A stretch of DNA of 63,177 bases, counting the filler, from Collodictyon triciliatum (Eukaryota), in NCBI GenBank assembly GCA_043381765.1. It is 5 parts of 5 records of this genome, joined end to end, with 100 filler letters (N's around TTAATTAATTAA, not from the genome) between each part and the next. Parts side by side here need not be neighbours in the genome. Positions count along the whole stretch, not along the records: positions 13,848 to 27,611 come from JBHJMP010001933.1; positions 27,712 to 41,450 come from JBHJMP010001934.1; 3 more parts are not named here. One strand, given 5' to 3'. The notes under the pieces were generated by a model. That model was not told where the DNA came from. It was given only the letters and a program-made list of their open reading frames with translations, and searched no databases. Of this stretch, positions 16,828-28,790 are shown in pieces (position 1 is the stretch's first letter; every line of letters starts with the position of its first letter). Both the position numbers and the translations under genes were made by a program.

Positions 16828-17820
16828 TTATTGGGCATGGGATTCGAAGTCGGAGACGAGCTCGGGGACGTCTTCGTCGGCAGCATCGCCAGCAGCAGCA
16901 CCGGGGGCAGCGGCATCGCTTTGGCTGAAGCGCTCAGCCAGGTTGCGGAGAATGTTCATGTTCTCTGGGCCGAGATGCTCGAGGATTCCAGGGAGAAGGT
17001 CGGTGAAGTCTGCACGGTATCTTGGGTTAGTCCGTGGCACCATGGAGTTTCTCAAACGTGCAGTCGAATTGGCAAACAGACCAACAAACAAATAGGAAAG
17101 CTTATGTATTCTACAGCTTCTGAGCGACATGCCCTTGGATTGTGGCTGGTGGAAAAAGGGAGACGGAGAAGGAAGGGGAATGGCCACGAAAAGGACAGAG
17201 ACAGGGATGTGGTGAACAGGCGGGTGACTTACTCTTGGTCTCGCCGGTTCCGTTGACAACGAAGGTCTGGTTGACACCGCTGGCTTGGACTGAGGATGGA
17301 AGCAAATGTTATGAACAGTGGAGTTACATAATGAAGGGGCAGAAAAGGAGAAGAGAGGAAAAACAGGGTTATGACACGGGAGAGACTCGGCAGCAGATCA
17401 ACCACACGCACCCTTGGGGTTCTTGAAGTGAAGAATGGTGCTGTCCTCCATGAAGAAGTTGGCCTCATCAATGCCGGTCAGGGGCTGCAGACCGAAGCGC
17501 TTGAAGGTGGCCTGGAGCTTCTTGTCGTCGTTGGACGAGTTCTTGTGTGGCACCTTCTTCTTGCGGCGCATGGTTCCCTGTTTAGCGATAGAAAAAAGAG
17601 GAAAAAAGGAGGAAAAAAGAGGAAAAAAAAGAAGAGGAAAATAGAAGAAAGTAGAAGAAAATATAAGAAAAAAAGAGGAATATAGAAAAAGAAAAGGTGA
17701 GAATCTTCGTTGCCATGAAGTTATAATAGTTTGGTTGCGATCGTAGTATGCTGGAAGAGTAGAAACCTTTCCGCCAGTGCGGACGTTGGTGGCCAGCTTG
17801 TTGAGTTTGTCAGAGTTCAT
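16828..17820 (-). CDS. BTF3: Nascent polypeptide-associated complex beta subunit, 4 exons
   Basis: MNSDKLNKLATNVRTGGK-GTMRRKKK..DDKKLQATFKR..IDEANFF..HFKNPKVQAS..TDLLPGILEHLG..EDVPELV. Confidence 0.96.
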
Positions 17821-19053
17821 TCTGGTCTGGGTAAGAGTGCTACGTTTTTTTCAAAAAATAATGTTATTCTTTCTATAATTACCTATTACCCAGCACTAGG
17901 TTTTCACAAAAATAATGTGCAGATAGCCTCCGTCTTCCGTATTATCATGTATTGTTTTGTTTTGTTTTGTTTCTGATACCTGAGCCGAGCGGGGGTCAGT
18001 CGAGACGCAGTTGGGATTTGTCTGAGTGGAAAGGAATTTGTGATTCACGGCAGACAGAATAATCAGCTTCAACTTTAGTCGAAGGCCAAGCGCCAATTGG
18101 AATTGCCCGCCCACACACCCACAAGAGGCTGCGACATTCCCCCGCTCGATGGCCAAACTCAATCGCCAAAAAGCAGGCTTCGTAACCATCATCGTCACAA
18201 ACTTACCCTTTGTGTGCTCCTCTCTTTGAATAAACGGAGCTTAATCTGGAAAAGTTGGTGCTGGGGACAGTATGGGTAGGACAATATGGTACATACATGG
18301 AAATTTGACATAAATATGACAATTATTTAGTAGAATATTCATTAGGTTTCGGCAGAAAAGTATAATTGTATTGAATATGATATAAATTTTACTGATTCTG
18401 TGAATTTTCAAAAATACAAATTTGGAAGTAGACCACTTCGAAAATGAATAACGAAGGATTTATCGAGCGATTTTATACGGATAAATTAATATTGTATATA
18501 ATATACTGTATTATATTCTCTTTTGGTATGATTCAGAAGGCCTGGAAATATGTTTTAACTATCCCGTTTCTTTGATTTTTTGGTATGTTTGTATTTGAAG
18601 GGCACAAACAAAAATAGAAAAACGAACAGATTCTGGTGGCTGCTGCAAAGCAAGGAAAGCGATTTAGTTACATCTGATAAAAACCACGACATGTTGTGAT
18701 GCAAATAATCGGGCATTGTCACACTCATACTTGAAGACTTGTAGAAAGAATATGAGCTCTATCACCCCACACAAATACCGTAAACGCCGGTAGACCATCG
18801 GGTGGAAACGCACCAAAAAGAAAAGCTGGCGAGCAGAGAAGATAAACTTGCCGAGTAGCTAACACAGAATTCACAAATACCGCGAAAAATGAGAAGCGAG
18901 ATACTTGCGAGACTTTGAACAGATGGAGAAATGATTCTTTGGACTAGGAAAAAAAAAGAAAAGACCTTGTATCCGTCCTGCATATCATCTGTGGACATGC
19001 AGCAGTTATTACCTCGCAACAACAAAAATAACACCCACGACTTCTTCTGAAAG

Positions 19054-20670
19054 ATGTGGTCAAGACGAGACTATGATGCTGCTACTCTCGAGCTTATCAC
19101 CACAAATTGCTCCAAGGCTTCGACCCTTATCTACAACATGAAAGGCACTTTGCTGAATCCCCAAAGGCTGAAGGAGCTGGAAGACATCTGCCGCAACTTC
19201 ATCACTACGAATAATCAAAAATATAAAATCAAGACGCTCTCTAAGCCACCTACGGAGGGAGGACTGGGACTCATAACGCCTGGCATTGCATGGACATCAC
19301 TCACGATGAGATGGTGGACAGATATGCTTACCCATCCGAAAGGATTTTGGCAGCGTGGAATGTGGCATCTCATCCATCGCATATGCCCGAACTTCAAGGC
19401 ACAGCTCTGTGAGAGCAGAATCCCATCACCCCCGCCAAACACGCCCGAGCCGCTACTAGCGCGGTGGAAGGTTCTGTATGAAAACTGTGAAATGTGCGAG
19501 TCTACCCAACTACATGCGGGTACAGGCCAGCTTTGCTGGGATAGAGCAAAAGGCTTCTGTATCATCAAGTCGAGAGAAGGAAACAGCTCCTTCGTCCTGC
19601 AACAAGTCGCTTTTCAAAAGGATGGGAGCTTCGCACCGTCGAAAAATGCAACGATATTTCACTCCTCGAATGCAACCCCAACCACAGCCGTCCTGAACAA
19701 CAAAGGAGAATGGCGCTCACGACGTCCCATCTCATACGGAGCACCGTCGCCATTTTTCTTTCGCCTGAAGAACCAAAGGCGGTCCATTACGCCTGATTCT
19801 CCGCAATTCTCGATGGCCATGGCGTACTCCAAATTCTTCCGATATAAAATCATAAGTCCGAATCCCTACAAACCGGAGAAGATGAGTCGTTGGGCCGAAA
19901 CTATAGGCATTATAGACCCGCCAATAGTCAAAAGCTGGAAGCAAGCCCGTATACCTCAGCTACTCCCGAAGCACCGCGCCCTACTTCTCAATATCTCCAA
20001 CAGAGAGCTGTGGATAGGTGCGCGCGTAGTCCATGCAGCAACGACCTCCCCAGAATGCACCATGTGCCATAGTGGAGATGACTCTATCGAACACACATTT
20101 GTGAAGTGCTCTCTGGCTCAAAAAGTGACAGAATCTACCCACAAGATGCTCTCTGAGCTTGATTATGCTCCCAACCGACTCAGCGCGTCTGACATCCTGT
20201 TTGNNNNNNNNNNNNNNNNNNNNNNNNNNNNNNNNNNNNNNNNNNNNNNNNNNNNNNNNNNNNNNNNNNNNNNNNNNNNNNNNNNNNNNNNNNNNNNNNN
20301 NNNNNNNNNNNNNNNNNNNNNNNNNNNNNNNNNNNNNNNNNNNNNNNNNNNNNNNNNNNNNNNNNNNNNNNNNNNNNNNNNNNNNNNNNNNNNNNNNNNN
20401 NNNNNNNNNNNNNNNNNNNNNNNNNNNNNNNNNNNNNNNNNNNNNNNNNNNNNNNNNNNNNNNNNNNNNNNNNNNNNNNNNNNNNNNNNNNNNNNNNNNN
20501 NNNNNNNNNNNNNNNNNNNNNNNNNNNNNNNNNNNNNNNNNNNNNNNNNNNNNNNNNNNNNNNNNNNNNNNNNNNNNNNNNNNNNNNNNNNNNNNNNNNN
20601 NNNNNNNNNNCCCTTTGTATGGCATAACTTAGCTGTACTTTGAATCGAATAAATATGAAAAGTAAGAAAA
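19054..20670 (+). mobile_element. 5'-truncated L1/Tx1-like non-LTR retrotransposon (post-RT region, zf-RVT, apparent 3' end)
   Basis: Intronless ORF with KPPTEGGLGL..WW and the zinc knuckle CTMCHSGDDSIEHTFVKC; after the gap, TTTGTATGGCATAACTTAGCTGTACTTTGAATCGAATAAA plus an A-rich tail. Linkage across the gap is inferred. Confidence 0.85.
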
Positions 20671-21722
20671 AGAGAGAATCGTTCTGGATTCAATAAACAT
20701 ATTATCCCCACCTCTCGTGCTGTGAGCAAAACGAATCCTCTGCAAAAGCACGAGCGTCAAGCGCGCTGGTTATGTGTATGCATCCATATCACATGGTAAG
20801 TTAAAGCCTATGAAAAAAACAAGAATCTACTAGAAATTACTACTGATTGATTTTGTGGATTCGGCAGACAAAAAAACCATAAAAAACCATAAAAAACCAT
20901 AAAAAACCATAAAAAACCATAAAAAACCATAAAAAACCATAAAAAACCATAAAAACCATAAAAAACCATAAAAAACCATAAAAACATTAAGATACAAACA
21001 AAAACAACTAGTTATTCGTTTTATCTGTGATGCGAGCAAATCGAAGCATCGAATCCACGTATGCGGTGGTCTCTATTATGCACAGTGGGAAGCGGGGTTG
21101 TGTGTTTACATAATAGAATAGTGTGTGTGTGCAGGCGTTTGCATCTATCCTCTAATTTTTTTCCTCCTTTCAGAAAAACTAACAGGTACTCACCGTCACA
21201 GAGAGAAGTACACCCCTAAGAAAAGAAAAAGTAAAGAAGGATGCAAAAGAACAAAAGAAAAGAAAAAACGTACCACGGTTGAATCATAACGAAGCAAAGG
21301 TATGGATGTGCAGGCTCTCGTTTATTTTTGTTCGTACTCAGCTCGCAAAAACTAACAGAAAGCAAGCAACAACGCAGTTATAAAACAAACAGCAAAACAA
21401 ACACGTGTTGGCCAAGCGTTGCATTTATTAAAAATACGTCAAAAAGACAGAGTGCAGTATTCGCGCTCTATCCTACTTCGTCCTTCTTTTTGCTTCTATT
21501 TTTATATTCATTTTCCTAGCGGGGTTGTTCCTTCAGTTGACACCTTGTGCAGTTCGATCGAAAATAAGTGACGGGATCGCAGCCGTTGTCTTTTTCTTTC
21601 ATGTTCGCTTTTGCTCTTGAATAAAACAAGCAAATCTTCACAAGTGGCCACCGGCAGGAAATCAGAGTCGCTTTAGAGCGAAGCAGAACGCTGCAGCTAA
21701 TCGCCAGTATTAGAGAGTTGGG

Positions 21723-22186
21723 ATGGACGAAAAGTGTGTCAAAATCGCTGAGACGATATTCACTACACTAAACCTGCGACTCGACCCTGTTTGTCTTTGA
21801 TCATTATTTATTTAATATATACGTGCTATTCTACGCAAGTGTATATGCCTCTGTCTTATGCGATCAAATCAAAGAAGTCGCTTTGGGACTGCCTGGCTGA
21901 CGGATCTGTTCTGTGTCAATTGGCCAATACCATGATTCCTGGCTCTTTGCCTGTCTACTCAGAATTCCCAGGAGGGTTCGACTTGAATGACGAGGAGCAG
22001 CGAGTGAGTTTTATAACTGTCATGTTATTCGGTGCTGTCATTAACCTCTCATAAAAGTGAAAACAAAATACGAATTATCATTTTCCTCATATTATTCTTT
22101 TTTTCAAATAGTTCATTTTGCATTCATTTCCTCAAAATATATCGAGATAGTAGATATGTGTACACTCTTCAGCTTTTTTCCATCGC

Positions 22187-22284
<98 letters not shown>

Positions 22285-25200
22285 TGACTTCATGATGTCT
22301 GAACTAACTTTCGAGATAATAGTTAACAGCTGTGGATAACCTGAATCGCTTCATTCATTTTTGCTGCACAATCGATATCCCATCATTCAAGCCTGATGAC
22401 CTTCTTCAGAAACAAAACTTGGAAAAGGTCTTGATGTGTTCGTAAATATTGCTTCCATTTTCAATCAAGTAATATTAATTCAAAAGAAATATTATACCAA
22501 ACATTTAATGAAATGTTAATTTAGGTAGCTGACGCTGTTATTATTCTTGGCTCAAGAATAGATAAGGATTTGGACAAGATAACCATGAGCACGGCTGGGG
22601 AAGTAGAGGATGATGAGGTTGATGAATACGGTATATTGTTGCTATTCATTTATCTATAAATTAACCACGGCTTATTAATCCATGGTATATTTTTGCATAT
22701 TATTAATTTCATTGACATAGTTATCTTATTACAGTTCTTATATCAACAAATGCCTTTTCAGGACCGATTTCAAACCAAACCCAAACCCAACCCCACCAAA
22801 TCCCCAAGCGACCACCCTCTTCTCCAAAAACATTCTCCTCTCTTTCTCTGACTTCATTTTTGAGTGGTTCGCCAACCCCTTCCGTATCACAAAAGATAGA
22901 ATCGAGGAGCAATAGCATATTCGAAAAAATTGTCCGAATGAATCTAGATTATGTACCCCAGCCTCAATCAGCATCAGCTGCGTATGGCCAAGGAAAAGAC
23001 CAGGAAGGTAAATATCTATTTTGAGAAGAATTTTATCTCATTTGTTTGAATGAAATTACACTAAGGTAATCCAGTAAGGTTGCTTTAAAAGAGAATTCTA
23101 CTCTCGCCCGTTATCTTCATAGCCCCATCTCCTAAAAGTAAATATTTTTTTATTTTTATTATATCTAATTCAATTAATATAGAATCTCCTGTTGAACCAG
23201 ACGCATACGGCTATCGTGGACGCTCTTCGTCAGTTGGTCGAATATTGAGCGTTGTATCTTTGGAGATGGATCATACCGAGGTTTTTATAAAGATAAATAA
23301 TCAATATATAAAATAGCTAATTATTTTGTTGTTTAATGAAAACATTTTTTTCTCTTTATTCGATTCNNNNNNNNNNNNNNNNNNNNNNNNNNNNNNNNNN
23401 NNNNNNNNNNNNNNNNNNNNNNNNNNNNNNNNNNNNNNNNNNNNNNNNNNNNNNNNNNNNNNNNNNNNNNNNNNNNNNNNNNNNNNNNNNNNNNNNNNNN
23501 NNNNNNNNNNNNNNNNNNNNNNNNNNNNNNNNNNNNNNNNNNNNNNNNNNNNNNNNNNNNNNNNNNNNNNNNNNNNNNNNNNNNNNNNNNNNNNNNNNNN
23601 NNNNNNNNNNNNNNNNNNNNNNNNNNNNNNNNNNNNNNNNNNNNNNNNNNNNNNNNNNNNNNNNNNNNNNNNNNNNNNNNNNNNNNNNNNNNNNNNNNNN
23701 NNNNNNNNNNNNNNNNNNNNNNNNNNNNNNNTGGCTAAGGAGTACGTAATCGTCTCTTCTCTTTTAATTTACCTTATACTTTTCGTATACTCAGCATGTG
23801 ATACCTCTTCTTGAGGCACGGTCAAATATACTTAAGAAGGACCATCTGAAAGAAATATTCGGCAATATACAAGAAATATACGAAGCAAATAAGGTATTAC
23901 GTGCGCTCTTTTTTTTTTTTAAAAAAAATACTATCATTTAAATGTTCAAATATTTGTGTTCAAGCCCGTAAATGTTTTGTGTGATTATTACTTATTTACG
24001 TTTGTATTAGGCCATCCTTACACTTTTAGAAAAGGAGCTCACAACAGGTGTGTTGTTTATCACTCGAACCGTAACTTGCACACCGATTCCAAGCATATAA
24101 ATAAGACTAATGACTTATCTGGCAGCTAAAACTATTCACGACCTTGAGATTGGAAGATGTTACGTGGAGAGAGTGAGATATGAATAATATATGAATAGCA
24201 ACCATGAGATTTTGTCTAGTAAGATATTTTACACAATAATCGATCCCTTTATCCTATTTTATCCGCATGTCTAGACAAATTTTCTTCGAGTGTATGAAAG
24301 TTATTGTGCAAACTATTCGCAATCGTGTCGGACTTTACAGAAAGTATTTGTAAGTTTTCATTCCATAATTGCATATCATATGTAATCGGAAGAAATAGGT
24401 CATGGGAAGTAGATGGCTTAGGAACATGATCTCTTCAAAATCTAAAACAATTCACTCACAAAAGGACACAAGCCCGCACTTCACTGCTTTTCATCAGACT
24501 GTCTTTTCTCAATCTATGTGGAGAGGACTTCGGTTGAGAGACTTTCTTATTAAACCGATTCAGAGGATTTGTAAATATCCTCTTTTATTTCGGGTGCGTT
24601 TACAAAATTTCATTCTCGTGTTGACAAATGATTAAGTCTTAAGATATTTCTATTCAATATTTCTGATGCAAATAAATCCGTGCAATATAGGAGTTGATTA
24701 AATTTACCGATGAGACACATCCAGACTATCTATCATGTATTGAAGCGCATCGATTATCGGCAGCTCTCGCAGGTTTCTCTCTCGCTTCTGTATGACAGAG
24801 TTTATACTTCCAAGGTGCGACCATAGGTTACTAGTTTTGAACCTAATGTTGAATGTTAGATTCATCAAATGAGAATAATCGCGCAGCAGAAAATAAAAAG
24901 AAACTTGAAGAAATCCAGAATTTAATCCAAGGAATTCCACCGGTTTGTTATATATCATTTATCTATCCTCATTTTTTTAAAATCGATAATTCAATGGAAT
25001 GATTTAACCACCCCGCGATAGCTAATTTTATGCTTAAATATACTTCAGGGATTTGACTTGACTGCGAATGAAAATAGAATATATCTTCGAGATGGTGTCA
25101 TCAAGAAGATTTCTGCGGGTGCATTTCTACATTCCCGTGATTTCCCTTTAGCCTGTTATTTTTCTCGGCCATCAACTATGATTGACCATGTCACCCCTAT

Positions 25201-26030
25201 ATGAAACGGCACTCATTTAACCCCATCGACACATTCAACATTTGTTAGGTAAGTGCCAGAAGCGCCATTGCTACTTATTCAATGACATGTTTCTCTATTG
25301 CCGACCTGGAATATGGGATCCAAGGATAATTACTTTTCGAGATTATCTGCATTTTGAGGTACCTGCATTAAAATAAAATAAAAAAAGAATGGCATTTAGT
25401 TTGGGGTATTACGAAGAAAATCAATTACGATTTTGTGCTTATATCTTACTAATTTTTTAATAAAAAAATATTGGTAACTCATCAGACCATTAGCATTCGG
25501 AATGCAGCCTTTCATTCTAGTAATACCATAATTCAAACAATACTTCAACTTAGATATTGATTTGTCTAAAAGTCATTTGTTCTAGAATTCCCTCATTCTT
25601 TTGAGATTGTTCGCCATGATAATGGGAAGGTGTACCGCCTCGCATTCAAGAATGAGAGGGTGATGGTAAGGGCACAATTGGTTTTCAATTATGTGAAAAT
25701 CAAAATAAATCGATGCGCAAATTCAATTATTTGATCTTTATTCATTATCAACGCATCTTGTTTCCATGGTTTATTTAGAATGACTGGTATGTCGAAATGA
25801 AAAAGTACTCCAAGGAGAGACGAATGACGGTAATGACACAGAACATAACTTATCAGTCCTTCACATGACTCAATCTCAACAATTATACTATATTGCAGAC
25901 CCTGGATACTGGCCATTCGACATCGATAGGCGAGGCCACCGTACAACCACTCGGAATAGACGTCGCCAGAAGACTAGAAAGCATCGAAATTCGGAGCATG
26001 TATGCACCAGATGAAGACGAGCAGGCATGA
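21723..26030 (+). CDS. CH-DH-PH RhoGEF
   Basis: CH: [104 protein letters not shown]. Stop at 26028-26030. Confidence 0.9.
23345..23366 (-). mobile_element. Family A copy cut by an assembly gap
   Basis: T(n)CTCTTTATTCGATTC followed by Ns; full length unknown. Confidence 0.65.
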
Positions 26031-27159
26031 AAGATAAGATAATCGAGATGTGCACAAAAAGAAAATATAACGTATTTTGTGTTTACCACTCGGAAAAAAA
26101 ATCCTATATTATTTATCTGCTCGTTACCGTTCCACCATGTGCTCTTTGCAATTTTAACCCAATTCTTGTGAATCCGCAACCTCCTTTGTCTTTTATATTC
26201 GATTATACAAACTGGTTGGTGGCTGTCAATCACCCCAAATTATCACTTCATTGTTTGTGGTTATGGCCGTTGTTCCTATACCAGTAATTATTTTTTTTTT
26301 GATAAACTCTTTCACACGAATAAATTATTTTTTCAAGCATTTACCTCGGAATACTTGCTTGGTGGTTGGAAAAAAGATTGTTGGCACGGGTGCCAACAGC
26401 TAAGTCTGTCGTGAAAAAAAAAAAAATTCAAGCATCCCTCAAGAATTTGAAGCTTGTTCTTTGCAAGCGTGATTGCTCTCGTATCAGGAGACTTGTATGC
26501 TTGTTCGCTTTTGGCAGTATGATACCGTAAGTAAGGCGGAATCATGTCATTTGTTACTTCAATACTAACCAGCTCTCCTCAAAGTTGCAACTGGTCTCTG
26601 AGAAAAGACATCGTTGGTAGGGTTTATGCTTTCTGAACTACACATGCTGCAATTAACAAGGGTTCGCGCATTGCTCTGAATCGAATGATATAACAGTCAA
26701 TTTATACAAAATCAAGCAATAGCTTCTTCGACTCGTTGTGTTAGAAATGTCTATACACTCGCTCTTTTAGTTCACATCCAATCATACGTAATAAAACATA
26801 GAATATGTAGACATATCACTATGTCTCATTTTCTTTACGGAATGTTACTACACAGACTGCCATTTAATGTTTCCTCTTGTTTTTTTTTTCTTATTGTGAA
26901 ACGCAGCAAAACAAGGAGAGAAACATGCATGCAGTGTCGAATTTGTGCAGTTGTTTTTGTTTTTTTGTTTTTGTTTACAAGAGAAATTAAATCAAGTTAG
27001 TGATTCGATTCTCATTTTCATGCACATTTCACAAACAGCCGTCAGGTTTGGATGCACGCATAGCTACAAACGTTAATCCTGATGTCATGCTATCTAACAT
27101 ATTCCACCTTCATTGTGGGGTTTCCCTGCTCACTATCCATCGGTATATCCATCGCAAAA

Positions 27160-27611
27160 AAGAATGGAGAAACCTCCTTTTTTTTCCCTTTGGCAAATCG
27201 AGTTCTTTGACAAACCTGCGGACGAGGACACAAAGCTCATGCTACCCTTTCTCCACATATGGAAAATATACTTTTGGAGCATAACGTTTTTTTTTTTTTT
27301 TTTGCGGTGTGATCACCGGCTTTGATCTTGTATCTGGCAGAATCCATCAGAGAACGTTCCCCAAAGAGACAACGGACAAGGTCAATCAATATCTCACAGC
27401 TGTCCCGCAAAACAACAAGAACTTTCACCAGCACACAGACTTAACCCATGCATTCCTTCGCACTCGTCCTGTCCCACCAAACAAGACGCCCAAGGAAACA
27501 GGCGGTCTCCACAGCCACTCCACTCGCATATCCAGTCCATTCTTCACCTAGAACTCGTCTTGCCTATATTAATCCCAAACTCACCTTGCCACGCTCCATA
27601 GCCAACCCAGC
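27160..27611 (+). mobile_element. Possible decayed retrotransposon ORF fragment
   Basis: Intronless, GC-elevated, frameshifted/stop-containing reading frames (PFLHIWK, ISSPFF) loosely resembling the LINE ORF at 19054; weak. Confidence 0.25.
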
Positions 27612-27711
27612 NNNNNNNNNNNNNNNNNNNNNNNNNNNNNNNNNNNNNNNNNNNNTTAATTAATTAANNNNNNNNNNNNNNNNNNNNNNNNNNNNNNNNN
27701 NNNNNNNNNNN
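27612..27711. other. Artificial scaffold linker
   Basis: N44-TTAATTAATTAA-N44. Confidence 0.97.
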
Positions 27712-28790
27712 GAAGTCTCCCATCCAGCATCCTTTGCTTTTGATGTCTCCCAGCCAGCATCCTTTGCTTTTGATGTCTCCCAGCCAGCATCCTTTGGCCT
27801 TGACGTTTCCCAGCCAGCATCCTTTGGTTTTGAAGTCTCCCATCCAGCATCCTTTGCTTTTGAAGTTTCCCAGCCAGCATCCTTTGCTTTTGAAGTCTCC
27901 CAGCCAGCATCCTTTGCTTTTGAAGTCTCCCAGCCAGCATCCTTTGCTTTTGAAGTCTCCCAGCCAGCATCCTTTGGCCTTGACGTTTCCCAGCCAGCAT
28001 CCTTTGGTTTTGATGCACCCCAGCCAGCATCCTTTGGTTTCGAAGTTTCCCAGCCAGCATCCTTTGGTTTTGATGTCTCCCTGCCAGCATTTCTTGGTTT
28101 TGATGTCTCCCAGCCAGCATCCTTTGGCCTTGACGTTTCCCAGCCAGCATCCTTTGCTTTTGAAGTCTCCCAGCCAGCATCCTTTGGTTTTGAAGTTTCC
28201 CAGCCAGCATCCTTTGCTTTTGAAGTTTCCCAGCCGGCATCTCTTGGTTTTGAAGTTTCCCATCCAGCATCTCTTGGTTTTGAAGTTTCCCAACCAGCTC
28301 TTGGTTTTGATGTCTCCCATCCAGCATCTCTTGGTTTTGAAGTTTCCCAGCCAGCATTTCTTGGCCTTGAAGTCTCCCAGCCGGCATCTCTTGGTTTTGA
28401 AGTTTCCCAGCCGGCATCTCTTGGTTTTGAAGTTTCCCAGCCAGCATTTCTTGGCCTCGAAGTCTCCCAGCCAGCATCCTTTGGTTTTGATGTCTCCCAG
28501 TCAGCATCCTTTGCTTTTGATGTCTCCCATCCAGCATCCTTTGGTCTTGATGTCTCCCAGCCAGCATCTCTTGGTTTCGAAGTCTCCCAGTCAGCATCTC
28601 TTGGTTTTGAAGTTTCCCAGCCAGCATCCTTTGCTTTTGATGTCTCCCAGCCAGCATCTCTTGGTTTTGACGTCTCCCAGCCAGCATCTCTTGGTTTTGA
28701 AGTTTCCCAGCCAGCATCTCTTGGCCTTGACGTCTCCCATCCGACATTTTTTGGCCTTGAAATTTCCCAGTCAGCACTTGATAGTTTTGA
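27712..28790 (-). repeat. Coding 30-bp minisatellite, about 36 units of (D/N)AGWETS(K/R)(P/A)(K/R)
   Basis: Direct reading; frame preserved (one unit is 27 bp); runs into the scaffold end. Confidence 0.95.

Noticed and set aside
21789-21839. Non-canonical acceptor in RhoGEF intron 1
   Set aside because: A GTCTTT donor 4 nt downstream restores phase, and GTCTT donors are used elsewhere in the window
27712-28790. 30-bp repeat array as CRISPR, or the antisense ORF as a gene
   Set aside because: No spacers, eukaryotic context; alternative open frames are a by-product of the coding repeat
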